41,207 bases of DNA from Firmicutes bacterium HGW-Firmicutes-10 (GCA_002841605.1 PHAF01000001.1:1-41207); one strand, 5' to 3'; positions 16,591 through 27,036 are shown, counted from the first letter of the stretch. Notes: generated from the sequence alone by a model not told the origin. Made by a program: numbers and translations.

Positions 16591-18360
16591 TTGTCAAACA
16601 GAAAGAAGACGATACCAACGAAAACACAACGAAAAGCAAAGTTGATGACTCAAGTGCTGGATCTTTTTAGTCATCACTTCACATTCCTTATTATTACTGT
16701 AAGTATCATCATTTCGTTTGGCGTACTAGTCATAGTGCCATTATTTACTTATGGTTTTGAAATAGCTCTATCAACCTCCGGGTTAAGTTATCTGTCGCTG
16801 TCAAATCTGCTTCGCTTTGTGATAAATCCGATTTCGCTGCTCTTTATATTTTTTGTCCTCTTGATTCTCAGTATTTTCATCGTATTTACAGACAATTTTC
16901 TTAAAGAATTTTTCTACTACAGATATCACCACCTCAACCTAAAGAAATCAAGTTTGATCCTCTCTAGTTTGAAACTCACTTTTCAATCATTTGCCACTCT
17001 GCGAATTAAATATATAATGTCTGTCTGGATATTGATGGTATCCTTTAACTTGCCTTTTTTGATTTTTACTACCCGATATGATCCGATGATGCGATACATC
17101 GCATCATCTAGTTCGCAAATTTTGATTTGGCTTATTATATTCGGAATATACACTTTATGCATTATGGTAGTGAACCGAAACGATTGGAAGATCTTAAGAA
17201 AGCATTTGATTTGGAATATAAACCAAGGCTTGTTATTGCTTTTTATGTACATCATAACCTTAATTATCGCAATACTAATGGTTTCATTTCTTATCCCTCA
17301 AATGATAGCTGTTGCCGCATTTATGTCGGCATTAGATCGGATAAATCAGGGATTTACCGTCTTTCTGTTTATCGTAAGTACACTTTTTCACTATGCAGTC
17401 TATATGGTTTTCTCTTCATCTACTTTGATTAAAGATGAAGCAGAAATTACCGAACAATTTGTCATTAAAAAGGAAAGCTTTTTCCGCTCGCCGATACACA
17501 AGTTAATGCTGGTAATGCTTCTTGTTTTGTTTGTATTTGATATTTATCTTTATCTTGGTATCATCCGTAATGGCTCAATGCTTCAAACGGTTCAATTTGA
17601 TCAAATCACCATAACTTCTCATCGCGGTTATTCGTACAGTTACCCGGAAAACACGCTTGTTGCTATTCAACGAGCTATCGAAGTATATACAGATTATGTT
17701 GAAGTGGACGTTCGCATCACCCAAGACAATGAGTTTGTATTATTGCATGATGACAATCTGATGCGCACCACAGGACTGAATAAGTCGGTTAGAAGTCTTC
17801 CGCTACAAACAATACAAAGTTTAGATGCGGGGAAATGGCTAAATCCGAAATTTGCGGGAACGAGAATCCCGACGTTAAGAGAAACTCTTGAATTTACAAA
17901 AGGGAAGGTAGGCGTCAATCTTGACCTCAAACTAACTGAGAGTCAATCGTATGTAATTCCGGATTTAGTCGCAATCATTGATGAGTTTGAAATGCAGTAT
18001 CAGGTCTTGCTTACATCCACTTGCCTGACTTGTCTGGAAATGGTGAAAGAGATTAATCCAAACATACAAACGGGCTATATCACATATCGTATAACACCGG
18101 TCTTACTGGCAAATCCTTCGATCGATGTCATCAGCATGAAGTCATCCTTTGTAACACAATCCATTGTAAGTCAAGTACATGGTGCCAATAAAAAAATCCT
18201 TGTGTGGACTGTCAACTCCAGATCAGAGATTGAGCGCATGAGTCGTTTAGGGGTGAATAACATCATCACTGATCGCCCGTTTTACGCAAAGGAAGTTATT
18301 TTCAAATTGACCGCAGACCGATTCATTGTGACTTTACTAAAAGTCATCTTGAACTCTTAG
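16591..18360 (+). CDS. Membrane-anchored glycerophosphodiester phosphodiesterase (polytopic N-terminal domain + GDPD domain)
   Basis: The catalytic domain is ITSHRGYSYSYPENTLVAIQRAIE...VEVDVRITQDNEFVLLHDDNL. The N-terminus has about 330 aa with multiple TMs. The start is uncertain: TTG 16591 or ATG 16645. Confidence 0.8.
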   Translation: MSNRKKTIPTKTQRKAKLMTQVLDLFSHHFTFLIITVSIIISFGVLVIVPLFTYGFEIALSTSGLSYLSLSNLLRFVINPISLLFIFFVLLILSIFIVFTDNFLKEFFYYRYHHLNLKKSSLILSSLKLTFQSFATLRIKYIMSVWILMVSFNLPFLIFTTRYDPMMRYIASSSSQILIWLIIFGIYTLCIMVVNRNDWKILRKHLIWNINQGLLLLFMYIITLIIAILMVSFLIPQMIAVAAFMSALDRINQGFTVFLFIVSTLFHYAVYMVFSSSTLIKDEAEITEQFVIKKESFFRSPIHKLMLVMLLVLFVFDIYLYLGIIRNGSMLQTVQFDQITITSHRGYSYSYPENTLVAIQRAIEVYTDYVEVDVRITQDNEFVLLHDDNLMRTTGLNKSVRSLPLQTIQSLDAGKWLNPKFAGTRIPTLRETLEFTKGKVGVNLDLKLTESQSYVIPDLVAIIDEFEMQYQVLLTSTCLTCLEMVKEINPNIQTGYITYRITPVLLANPSIDVISMKSSFVTQSIVSQVHGANKKILVWTVNSRSEIERMSRLGVNNIITDRPFYAKEVIFKLTADRFIVTLLKVILNS

Positions 18361-18623
18361 GGGAATATCGGTGGCGCTTATAGTCATTACCGACAACTTC
18401 GTCGTAGTTACAATGAAGACCGCTTTTCAGCGATCTTTATTGCACAATAATTGCATATCAGTAACACAGACATTCATGATTATTGAATTTTCTTCTCATA
18501 CAATCTATACTTGAATCACGTTCAGTGAAGAAAACATTTTTGTCATCAGAGAGCAAGTATAGGTATAGAATCTTTAAAAATGCGCAACATACTCTAACAA
18601 AGATATCAAAAGGGGAAGTATTT

Positions 18624-19370
18624 ATGAGTAAATATAAGTTTATAAAAAAAGTGGAAGAGATGATAAAAACAGAAGATATAGCAACATTGAGGTTGATCGG
18701 CCCACTTCTCAGATATGTGCCAGGAAAATTCCAAGCCAAAGCAATGGAGAATTCAAGTAAGGATAATCCATACTTAGGTTTTGTTGTGGAACCATACAGT
18801 ACTTTTCTGTTTTATGAGTTAATTGATTTGGATTGGGCTAGAAGATTGATCCCCGATGGGTTTGAGTTAGAGAAAACTAAGGTTTTTAGCGATGGACAAC
18901 CCAAATACTACATAGCTTTTGCATCTTTTAATGTGAAGACATCCGCCTTTGCCGGCACCAGATTGGAAGTTAATATAATTGCCAGAAGTAAGAAAACAGG
19001 GCTAATCAGCTGGATCATTGTCGATTATGATACCAATACCCTGAGTCATGATGCTCTTAAGGGAGTTATAGACAGTACGACTAAGCAAGCGGTATTTACC
19101 ACCGATTATGAAGGCAATATCATCGTGGATATATCCAATTCTGAGAAAAACAGAGCATTGATTTTTGATTTGGACAGTAATGGTGCTGAATATAAAACGG
19201 TTGAAAAAAGTTTCTGGCTTGAGGGGAATTTATCCGTAGGATATGGCAGAGAAATATCAAAAAACTCTCCCGCTGCTTTTGCGATGAAGTTTGACCCGAG
19301 GGAAGTTGAGAAAGCCTGCAGGGTAGATGTGAATAAGATTAATTCAATTGAGAATACCTGGTATCCGTGA
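18624..19370 (+). CDS. Hypothetical protein (248 aa), possibly acetoacetate-decarboxylase-like / DUF2071-type fold
   Basis: Start is ATG 18624 with AAGGGGA upstream, not ORF-track 18483. The family call rests only on weak resemblance. The ORF ends at a TGA that is in frame with the next ORF. Confidence 0.55.
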   Translation: MSKYKFIKKVEEMIKTEDIATLRLIGPLLRYVPGKFQAKAMENSSKDNPYLGFVVEPYSTFLFYELIDLDWARRLIPDGFELEKTKVFSDGQPKYYIAFASFNVKTSAFAGTRLEVNIIARSKKTGLISWIIVDYDTNTLSHDALKGVIDSTTKQAVFTTDYEGNIIVDISNSEKNRALIFDLDSNGAEYKTVEKSFWLEGNLSVGYGREISKNSPAAFAMKFDPREVEKACRVDVNKINSIENTWYP

Positions 19371-19384
19371 TTGTTTAACAATCA
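19368..19384. repeat. 17-bp perfect palindrome containing the TGA stop of the preceding ORF
   Basis: TGATTGTT-t-AACAATCA. Confidence 0.8.
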
Positions 19385-19622
19385 AGTAGATGAAGCTTTG
19401 TATTTTCCATTTGCTCAGCACTATTTGTCAGATAGCCCGGGTAATTACAGCGAGCATGATCATGTGGATGAAATGATTGAGGAATATCGAAATCTTGATT
19501 TGGATAATATACCTCCTTACTCTGTAGAATCTCTGAGAAAAATGATGAAAATGGGTTTAGTAAGCAACTCAATCGTTATAACAATACTACTGTTAATCAT
19601 ACTGGTATTGTTGATAAATTGA
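19371..19622 (+). CDS. 83-codon in-frame continuation of the previous ORF, with a C-terminal TM anchor; independent translation is doubtful
   Basis: It is in the same frame as 18624..19370, separated by a single TGA. It has no Shine-Dalgarno of its own. It ends with the hydrophobic segment VSNSIVITILLLIILVLLI and is followed by a strong terminator. Confidence 0.3.
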   Translation: MFNNQVDEALYFPFAQHYLSDSPGNYSEHDHVDEMIEEYRNLDLDNIPPYSVESLRKMMKMGLVSNSIVITILLLIILVLLIN

Positions 19623-19673
19623 GCAACTTAGAGGTTAATGCATTTTAGCTGAATAATTTGATATAGAACAAAA

Positions 19674-19698
19674 GATGAACCAAAGGTTCATTTTTTTG
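19674..19698 (+). terminator. Intrinsic terminator
   Basis: ATGAACC-aaa-GGTTCAT followed by T7. Confidence 0.8.
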
Positions 19699-19870
19699 AG
19701 TTAGAAAATACGATTTTACATATGATGTCTGAAATGATGCGTTTGCAGGGCGTTCATAATGATTCAAATACAGATTCGATAAAGCATGGCATCGGATAAA
19801 TTTCTCTAATCGTGTCACCGAAATGCATGAATTAAACGATTTTATGAAATCGTTCACTAGTTCATATCGG

Positions 19871-19899
19871 TTGACCTTTCACAAGTCAAAGCATAGGAT
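19871..19899 (+). promoter_or_regulatory. Predicted promoter of lplA-pdhABCD
   Basis: TTGACC - 17 nt - TAGGAT, about 20 nt upstream of the lplA RBS GAGGAG. Confidence 0.45.
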
Positions 19900-19919
19900 A
19901 GAGATGAGGAGTGAGATAA

Positions 19920-20906
19920 ATGCGCTATTTGATCAACAAATCAACAAATCCTTATTTCAATTTGGCATTGGACGAATATGCATTGAAGCACATAAACCTT
20001 GATGAAGATTTCTTCTTTTTGTGGCGAAATGAACCTTCGGTCATCATTGGCAAAAACCAAAACACGGTAGAAGAGATAAATCAGGCGTTTGTTGATAAGA
20101 ATAGTATAAAAGTCGCTCGACGAGTTTCCGGAGGGGGAGCTGTTTATCATGATTTAGGTAATTTAAACTTTACTTTTATCATCAACGTTGATGATCCAGG
20201 TGAAGTTAATTATAAAAAGTATGTTCAGCCGGTCATTGATGCTCTACAGGAAATGGGTGTCAAAGCAGAGGCTTCTGGCCGAAACGATATTCTGATTAAC
20301 GGTTTAAAAATCTCAGGAAATGCTCAACGCATGGCCAATAAAAAGCTGATGCACCATGGAACATTGCTTTATGACGTAAATATTGAAGATTTGGTACAAG
20401 CATTGCATGTCACTCCAGATAAATATATATCGAAAGGTGTAAAGTCGGTTCGCTCTAGAGTTACTAATATCAAGGAGCATCTACCCGACAGTACCGATAT
20501 ATTCGATTTTTGGAACTCATTGCATTTTTTTCTTTCCAACAAAGGCAAAGACAAAGAAATCGTATTGAGTGAGAAAGAAATAGCGAAGATCGAGTTTGAA
20601 GCAGTGAACCGATTTGCGACATGGGATTGGATCTATGGCAAATCCCCAGAGTTTAACTTTGTGAATAAGAAACGCTTTAAAGGCGGTAACCTTGAGATTA
20701 AAGCAGATGTCAGACATGGACATATTCAGTCCATTCATTTTAGCGGAGATTACTTGGGTTTAAATGATGTAAATGTTATTGAAGAAAGATTAAGAAATGT
20801 GCGTTTCCTTCGGGTAGATGTCGAACATATATTAAGTGATTATGATTTGAGCATGTATTTTAACGATATTTCCAAAGAAGAATTTTTATCATTGATGTTT
20901 GATTAG
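19920..20906 (+). CDS. lplA: Lipoate-protein ligase A
   Basis: 328 aa. RRVSGGGAVYHDLGNLNF and KISGNAQR motifs, with a C-terminal accessory domain. Confidence 0.9.
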   Translation: MRYLINKSTNPYFNLALDEYALKHINLDEDFFFLWRNEPSVIIGKNQNTVEEINQAFVDKNSIKVARRVSGGGAVYHDLGNLNFTFIINVDDPGEVNYKKYVQPVIDALQEMGVKAEASGRNDILINGLKISGNAQRMANKKLMHHGTLLYDVNIEDLVQALHVTPDKYISKGVKSVRSRVTNIKEHLPDSTDIFDFWNSLHFFLSNKGKDKEIVLSEKEIAKIEFEAVNRFATWDWIYGKSPEFNFVNKKRFKGGNLEIKADVRHGHIQSIHFSGDYLGLNDVNVIEERLRNVRFLRVDVEHILSDYDLSMYFNDISKEEFLSLMFD

Positions 20907-20968
20907 AATCAGTTAAATACAAAATGATTTGAAGTTAAAGACTTTACAGAAAGGAACAGGTATTAGAC

Positions 20969-22084
20969 ATGACAGATGAAAAGAATAATATAATAATCGA
21001 TTTTGCTGCTCATCTTCAATCCGTTGAAGAGAACTATAAGATGATTCAGATCCTAGATGAAAATGGGAAAATCGTTAACAGTGATTTATTGCCAGATTTA
21101 AGTGATGAGCAATTGGTCCAATTGTTTAAAGATATGTTGTGGTCACGAGCTTTAAATGATCGTTGTACAATATTATCCCGTCAAGGACGTTTAGGGTTTT
21201 TCGGACCGACTGCCGGACAAGAGGCCAGTCAATTAGCTAGTTACCTTGCATTTGAAAAGAATGATTTCTTGCTTCCCGGATATCGTGATTTCCCTCAATT
21301 AGTAAAGCATGGATTACCGCTTCACAAAGCTTTCCTATGGAGCAGAGGTCATGTTGAAGGGGGTCAATTCCCTGAAAATCTAAATGCCATTCTTCCTCAA
21401 GTCATTATTGGAGCTCAAATTACTCAGGCTGCCGGTGTGGGTCTTGGTATAAAAAAACGAGGTAAGAAACAAGTGGTCTTTACTTATACGGGAGATGGCG
21501 GTTCTTCTCAAGGGGACTTCTATGAAGGAATGAACTTTGCGGGAGCATTCAAAGCGCCGGTTGTATTCTTCGTTCAAAACAACCAATATGCAATTTCTAC
21601 ACACTGGCGCAAGCAAACTGCCGCAAACACATTAGCTCAAAAAGCTGCCGCTGCAGGTATTCCGGGAGTTCTGGTGGATGGAATGGATCCGCTGGCTGTC
21701 TATGCCGTATCTAAGGCAGCTAGAGATTATGCGCTTGCCGGAAACGGTCCAGTCTTAATCGAAACGTATACTTCCCGGTTTCAACCTCACTCCTTGTCCG
21801 GTGACGATCCGAAATTATATCGTGATGAAGCCAGTTTTGCTGAGTGGGAAGCAAAAGATCCTTTAATTCGTACACGAATTTATCTGACTGAAAAAGGGCT
21901 TTGGGATAAGGACCAAGAAGAAGATCTTATTAAGCAGTTTGATAAAGACATCCTGGAAGAAGTTAAAATAGCAGATAACGCACCGAAGCAAAAAGTTTCT
22001 CAGTTTTTGGAGTTAATGTTTGAAAAGCCGACTCAGATACTGAAAGAGCAAATCGAGTATTATAAAAATAAGGAAGGTGATTGA
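20969..22084 (+). CDS. pdhA: Pyruvate dehydrogenase E1 alpha subunit
   Basis: The ThDP-binding region is [20 protein letters not shown]...[13 protein letters not shown]. The gene sits at the head of the pdh cluster. Confidence 0.9.
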   Translation: MTDEKNNIIIDFAAHLQSVEENYKMIQILDENGKIVNSDLLPDLSDEQLVQLFKDMLWSRALNDRCTILSRQGRLGFFGPTAGQEASQLASYLAFEKNDFLLPGYRDFPQLVKHGLPLHKAFLWSRGHVEGGQFPENLNAILPQVIIGAQITQAAGVGLGIKKRGKKQVVFTYTGDGGSSQGDFYEGMNFAGAFKAPVVFFVQNNQYAISTHWRKQTAANTLAQKAAAAGIPGVLVDGMDPLAVYAVSKAARDYALAGNGPVLIETYTSRFQPHSLSGDDPKLYRDEASFAEWEAKDPLIRTRIYLTEKGLWDKDQEEDLIKQFDKDILEEVKIADNAPKQKVSQFLELMFEKPTQILKEQIEYYKNKEGD

Positions 22085-22086
22085 TC

Positions 22087-23073
22087 ATGGCACAGTTAAC
22101 AATGATTCAAGCAATTACCAATGCACTGGATAATGCCCTTGAAAAAGATGAAAACACGATGATCTTTGGCCAAGATGTCGGTTTAACCGGTGGAGTTTTT
22201 AGAGCAACACAAGGTTTACAAGCCAAATATGGTGAAGAACGTGTGTTTGACACACCATTAGCAGAATCCGGAATCGGAGGTTTGGCGGTCGGCTTGGCAT
22301 TTGAAAACTTCCGGCCGATACCTGAGATTCAGTTTTTTGGTTTTGTTTTTGAAACGATGGATGCCATTGTTGATCAAATGGCACGTACACGTTATCGCAC
22401 CGGAGGTACTCGTACGATGCCAATCACCATTCGCTCACCTTTTGGTGGCGGTGTTCATGCCCCGGAATCTCATTCGGATAGTCTTGAGGGTTTGATGGCT
22501 CAAACTCCAGGTATAAAAGTAGTGATTCCAAGCAATCCGTACGACGCAAAAGGATTATTATTAGCTTCCATTGAAGACAATGATCCTGTCATATTTTTGG
22601 AACACATGAAAATATATCGTATGTCCAAAGAGGAAGTGCCGGAAGAGTACTACACGGTTCCCCTTGGAAAAGCGAAAGTAGTTTTTGAAGGAACAGATGT
22701 AAGTGTCGTCACATATGGATACATGGTCCATGAAGCTGTGAAAGCAGCAAAACTACTTCAAGAGGAAGGTGTTTCGGTTGAAGTCATTGATTTAAGGACT
22801 GTATCACCGATCGATGTTGAGACAATCATTGTTTCGGTTGAAAAGACCGGTCGATTGGTGGTCGTTCAAGAAGCACAACGTCAAGCGGGAGTTGGTGCAG
22901 CAATCATGGCTGAAATAGCAGAACGCAAACGTGCGATTTTGGCATTGAAATCACCCATCGGTCGCGTAAGTGCTCCCGATAGCATTTATCCTTTTATGTT
23001 AGCAGAAAATGACTGGCTACCTGATGCACAAAAGATCATAGACAAAGTAAAAGAAGTTATCCACTTCGATTAA
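22087..23073 (+). CDS. pdhB: Pyruvate dehydrogenase E1 beta subunit
   Basis: ATG 22087 follows the pdhA stop. [19 protein letters not shown] is a typical E1-beta motif. Confidence 0.9.
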   Translation: MAQLTMIQAITNALDNALEKDENTMIFGQDVGLTGGVFRATQGLQAKYGEERVFDTPLAESGIGGLAVGLAFENFRPIPEIQFFGFVFETMDAIVDQMARTRYRTGGTRTMPITIRSPFGGGVHAPESHSDSLEGLMAQTPGIKVVIPSNPYDAKGLLLASIEDNDPVIFLEHMKIYRMSKEEVPEEYYTVPLGKAKVVFEGTDVSVVTYGYMVHEAVKAAKLLQEEGVSVEVIDLRTVSPIDVETIIVSVEKTGRLVVVQEAQRQAGVGAAIMAEIAERKRAILALKSPIGRVSAPDSIYPFMLAENDWLPDAQKIIDKVKEVIHFD

Positions 23074-23085
23074 GGAGGTAGAATC

Positions 23086-24411
23086 ATGGCTTATGAAGAA
23101 AAACCAGGTAATAGAGACCTTATGGAAATAAAGGAAGGCACATCTGAAAGTTCAACCTTTATTGTTCGCTTACCAAAAGTTGGAGAGGGGATTACCGAAG
23201 GAAAACTTGTCACATGGCTTGTGTCTGTTGGAGATGCAGTGACTGAGGATGAAGCCATTGTTGAAGTGCAAAATGATAAATTGTTGCAGGAAGTACCTTC
23301 ACCGGTTACCGGTGTTCTTTCGAAAATCTTAGTTGAAGCAGGAAACACAGCTCAAGTTGATGAAGCGATTGCTGAAATTAAGATTAATAATCATGTTTCT
23401 TCTAAAGAAGAACCCGTTGCTTCAAAAGAAGAAGTTGCGCTCGATACAAAAAAAGGGAAACAAGTCCAACCATCAAAACTACAATCCAATCAGTCTGTTG
23501 TCGCTGGAAGAGTATTGGCTATGCCATCGGTTCGCCAATATGCACGAGATAAAGGTGTTGAAATATCAGATATTACGGGAAGTGGAAAGCATGGTCATAT
23601 AACCATAGAGGACATTGATGCATTCATAGCTGTTTCAGTTAAAGAAACGAAGAAAATCAGTACAACCAAACAAACGACACAAGAGGTATACGCAATTGCC
23701 GAAACTACCGACACGACTCGCGAAAAAATGTCTGTAACAAGACGTGCGATTTCAAAAGCGATGATTAATTCACAACGACATGCTTCTCATGTATCGATTT
23801 TTGATGAGGTTGAAGTATCAAGATTAATAGCACATCGCAATCGCTTCAAAGAGGTTGCCGCAGATCAAGACATCAAACTGACCTATCTGGCTTACATGTC
23901 GAAGGCCGTAATTGCTGTATTGCGTAAGTATCCCATACTTAATGCAAGTGTTGATGAAGCCAGTGATGAAATCGTTTATAAGAAATATTTCAACTTAGGA
24001 ATAGCCGTCGATACCCAACGCGGACTATATGTGCCAAACATTAAGAATGCTGATAGAAAAGGTATTTTCACGATTGCTAAGGAAATCGTTGAGTTAGCCA
24101 ATAAAGCCCATGAAGGCACATTAGAACCTGACGAAATGAAAAACGGGTCTACTACGATTACTAGTATCGGACCTATTGGAGGGAAGTGGTTCACACCGAT
24201 CATTAACTTCCCTGAAGTTGCAATTTTCGGAATGGGTCGAATTGAAAAGAAACCGATTGTTCTTGAAGATGACATGCTAGCAGTAGGAAGTATTCTTCAT
24301 TTATCCATGAGCTTTGATCATAGAATTGTTGATGGAGCGGTTGCTCAAAATGCAATGAATGAACTAAAACGATTCATGGAAGATCCAGAACTTCTCTTAA
24401 TGGAAGGATGA
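23086..24411 (+). CDS. pdhC: Dihydrolipoamide acetyltransferase E2 (single lipoyl domain)
   Basis: AAGGAGG RBS. The lipoyl-Lys context is [15 protein letters not shown]. There is a peripheral subunit-binding domain ([16 protein letters not shown]) and a catalytic DHRIVDG motif. The N-terminus has an extension of about 25 aa before the lipoyl domain. Confidence 0.9.
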   Translation: MAYEEKPGNRDLMEIKEGTSESSTFIVRLPKVGEGITEGKLVTWLVSVGDAVTEDEAIVEVQNDKLLQEVPSPVTGVLSKILVEAGNTAQVDEAIAEIKINNHVSSKEEPVASKEEVALDTKKGKQVQPSKLQSNQSVVAGRVLAMPSVRQYARDKGVEISDITGSGKHGHITIEDIDAFIAVSVKETKKISTTKQTTQEVYAIAETTDTTREKMSVTRRAISKAMINSQRHASHVSIFDEVEVSRLIAHRNRFKEVAADQDIKLTYLAYMSKAVIAVLRKYPILNASVDEASDEIVYKKYFNLGIAVDTQRGLYVPNIKNADRKGIFTIAKEIVELANKAHEGTLEPDEMKNGSTTITSIGPIGGKWFTPIINFPEVAIFGMGRIEKKPIVLEDDMLAVGSILHLSMSFDHRIVDGAVAQNAMNELKRFMEDPELLLMEG

Positions 24412-24418
24412 TGATGAA

Positions 24419-25822
24419 ATGGTCGTTGGAAATTTTGCGAAAGAATTAGATTTAGTTGTTATTGGTTCTGGCCCAGGAGGTTATGTTGCCGCCATTCGTG
24501 CAGCACAACTGGGCAAAAAAGTTGCCATAATCGAAAGAGATGCTATCGGTGGTGCCTGTCTGAATGTCGGATGTATTCCATCCAAAGTGTTAATTCAGGC
24601 GGCTCATCATTTTGTGGATGTTAAATCTGAGAAATATGGAGTTGTTGCGAAAGAGGTTGTGTTTGACTTAGAAAAAACACAGCGATGGAAAAATGATGAA
24701 GTAATCAGCAAGTTGACAAAAGGTGTTGAGTCGCTTCTAAAAAAGAACAAGGTTGAAATTATCAGAGGATCAGCATTTTTCAATGAACCGCATCAGTTGC
24801 GGGTTGTGATTGGTGATGAAGCTCAATCGTATCAGTTTAAGGAAGCCATCATAGCGACCGGCAGTCGACCATTGGAAATAAGTGGTTTACCTTTTAAAGG
24901 TCGTGTCCTTGATTCGACCGGAGCTTTAGAACTGAAAATAATACCCAAGCATTTTGTTGTAATTGGAGGAGGTTACATTGGTTGTCAGATGGCGAGTGTT
25001 TTTGCAAACTTAGGATCAAAAGTTACTATTATTGAAGCAGCGGACAATCTTTTAATGGGCTTTGAAGATGATATGGTGGACTTGGTTAAAAAGCAATTTG
25101 CATTGAAACATGTGGATGTCATAACCAAAGCCAAAGCAAAAGTCGCAATAGAATCAGAGGATGGTGTCCATATAACGTATACAATAAACGGTAAGGAAAG
25201 TTCTGTTGATGCTGATATTGTTATGGTGAGTGTTGGTCGAGTTCCAAATACGGATGATTTAGGATTGCAAATAGCAGGAGTCGAAGTGGATCAACGAGGC
25301 TTTATTAAAGTAGACGAACAAGGACGCACATCCCAATCTCATATTTTTGCTATCGGAGATGTTACCCTAGGTCCTGCGTTAGCACACAAAGCGAGTTACG
25401 AAGCGAAGATCGCCGCAGCTGCTTTGGCTGGGCACAATGTTAAAATAGATTATGTTGCTATGCCAGCTGTGTGTTCCGCGGATCCAGAATTAGCAATTGT
25501 CGGGTTATCGAAGAAACAAGCAGAAGAAAAGGGCATTGAAGTGAATGTATCATTATTCCCGCTTGCAGCAAGCGGTTCAGCCATCTCGCTTGGTGAGACG
25601 GAAGGATTTGTTCGGATAATCACGGAAAAACATACAGGACTTATATTGGGAGGACAAGTTGCAGGTGTCGGAGCTGGTGCGATGATTGCAGAACTGGCAC
25701 TTGCAATCGAAACAAGAATGAATGTAGAAGATATAGCTTTAACGATTCACGCTCACCCAACCATGTCTGAGGCAGTCTTGGATGCAGCTGATTTTGCCCT
25801 TGGATTGCCGATTCATATCTGA
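24419..25822 (+). CDS. pdhD: Dihydrolipoyl dehydrogenase E3
   Basis: GSGPGGYVAAIRAAQLG, redox-active GGACLNVGCIPSK and the C-terminal HAHPTMSE motif. Confidence 0.9.
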   Translation: MVVGNFAKELDLVVIGSGPGGYVAAIRAAQLGKKVAIIERDAIGGACLNVGCIPSKVLIQAAHHFVDVKSEKYGVVAKEVVFDLEKTQRWKNDEVISKLTKGVESLLKKNKVEIIRGSAFFNEPHQLRVVIGDEAQSYQFKEAIIATGSRPLEISGLPFKGRVLDSTGALELKIIPKHFVVIGGGYIGCQMASVFANLGSKVTIIEAADNLLMGFEDDMVDLVKKQFALKHVDVITKAKAKVAIESEDGVHITYTINGKESSVDADIVMVSVGRVPNTDDLGLQIAGVEVDQRGFIKVDEQGRTSQSHIFAIGDVTLGPALAHKASYEAKIAAAALAGHNVKIDYVAMPAVCSADPELAIVGLSKKQAEEKGIEVNVSLFPLAASGSAISLGETEGFVRIITEKHTGLILGGQVAGVGAGAMIAELALAIETRMNVEDIALTIHAHPTMSEAVLDAADFALGLPIHI

Positions 25823-25925
25823 TTTTCGAGTACAAATCATGATGTATAAATAAGCTATATTTGTAGGATGCTCTCAATAAGACAATAATTGAGGGATAAT
25901 ACCACAAAACGAATCCAAATCATAG

Positions 25926-25961
25926 ACTGCGCTCAGCATTGTACTAGGCGCAGTTTTTTTA
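25926..25961 (+). terminator. Intrinsic terminator of the pdh operon
   Basis: CTGCGC ... GCGCAG stem (15-nt loop) followed by T7. Confidence 0.6.
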
Positions 25962-26004
25962 ATGTAATCCAATCTCCTTATTTTCTCGATTCTGACGTAA
26001 GATT

Positions 26005-26033
26005 TTGCATTGGATATTTTTACAAGGTAGAAT
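26005..26033 (+). promoter_or_regulatory. Predicted promoter upstream of the P-loop gene
   Basis: TTGCAT - 17 nt - TAGAAT. It would give a 5' UTR of about 135 nt. Confidence 0.45.
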
Positions 26034-26171
26034 GACTAGAAAAAATTGGATGGTGTATAATTAACAAAGAAATCATCTGTTTGAGCTTGCTTAATTATTT
26101 TGCATAAGTACGTTATGTTAAACTAAAAAACACAAGCCAAATTTATTGGCATATTGTAAGGAGGAATTACT

Positions 26172-26771
26172 GTGAAAATTAATGATGGGATCATTAAGCA
26201 TTATCTAAAGAATGTGTTCTTTATCAATGGTACAGCGTATGCCGGCAAATCCACAATGGCAGCTCTATTGGCCAGTAAGCACAATATGATTCTGTGTGGT
26301 GAGAATTACCATACTAAAACAACAAGCATCCTTGCTTATCCTGAGCAATATCCGAATCTATGTTATTTTCATACTATGAAAGACTGGCAGGAGTTTGTTA
26401 ACAGAACTCCTGAAGAGTATTCAGCATGGATCGAAGGGACGACAAATGAGTTGGTCGAATTTGAGATTGCGGAGTTGATTCACATTTCAAAAGACCGAAA
26501 AGTAATCGTTGATACGAACATTCCCATTGAGATCCTGAAACGTATCGCTGATCATCATCAAGTTGCGATTTTGCTATCTCCCCAATCCATGTCTGTCGAT
26601 CGTTTCTTCGACAGAAAAGATCCAGACAAGCAGTTTTTGCTTTCGCAGATTCAAAAAGCGGAAAATCCCGAGAAGACCATGGAGAATTTCCGCAAATGCA
26701 TTGCTAAGATCAACAGCAAAGAAAACTATGACATGTTTTTAAACAGTGGTTTTTTCACCATCATCAGATAA
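26172..26771 (+). CDS. Small P-loop NTPase / kinase-like protein (199 aa), GTG start
   Basis: AAGGAGG lies 7 nt upstream of the GTG. Walker A is NGTAYAGKST. I recognise no specific family. Confidence 0.65.
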   Translation: MKINDGIIKHYLKNVFFINGTAYAGKSTMAALLASKHNMILCGENYHTKTTSILAYPEQYPNLCYFHTMKDWQEFVNRTPEEYSAWIEGTTNELVEFEIAELIHISKDRKVIVDTNIPIEILKRIADHHQVAILLSPQSMSVDRFFDRKDPDKQFLLSQIQKAENPEKTMENFRKCIAKINSKENYDMFLNSGFFTIIR

Positions 26772-26883
26772 CAAGATGATGTCGATACTCGGCTAGAAAC
26801 ATTGGCTAAGTTGGAGGAGCATTTCGGTCTGATTCGCTGATACCATGCACCTTCTGTTGATATACTTTAATAATAGATAATCA

Positions 26884-26908
26884 CAAAAAAAGCGCTTTTT
26901 AGCACTTA
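26884..26908 (-). terminator. Terminator downstream of tRNA-Leu
   Basis: The minus strand reads AAGTGCT-aaaa-AGCGCTT (one G-U pair) followed by TTTTTGTG. Confidence 0.5.
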
Positions 26909-26938
26909 TTTGAAACTTTTAAATTTAAATAATAAGAA

Positions 26939-27025
26939 TGGTGCCCGAGGACGGACTCGAACCGTCACAATATCACTATTGGTGGATTTTGAGTCCACTG
27001 CGTCTACCAATTTCACCACTCGGGC
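26939..27025 (-). tRNA. tRNA-Leu (anticodon CAA), class II with long variable arm, CCA encoded
   Basis: The reverse complement is GCCCGAGTGGTGAAATTGGTAGACGCAGTGGACTCAAAATCCAC...GGTTCGAGTCCGTCCTCGGGCACCA. The acceptor stem is GCCCGAG/CTCGGGC, the anticodon loop is CT-CAA-AA, and a T-loop GGTTCGAGTCC is present. Confidence 0.9.
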
Positions 27026-27036
27026 ATTGCTTTATT

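Noticed and set aside
19368-19370. TGA read as Trp (Mollicutes-type code 4) or as selenocysteine
   Set aside because: Many conserved genes here (psuK, flotillin, pdhA, pdhC, pdhD) end at TGA at the expected length, so TGA is a stop in this genome. For selenocysteine, I see no SECIS-like stem-loop of suitable size, since the palindrome leaves only a 1-nt loop. No sel genes are in the window either.
19645-19857. 70-aa minus-strand ORF in the lplA upstream region
   Set aside because: It has no RBS and an odd composition. It lies between a plus-strand terminator and the lplA promoter, so it is probably non-coding. An 8-bp hairpin AACGATTT/AAATCGTT at about 19836-19855 lacks a convincing T-run.
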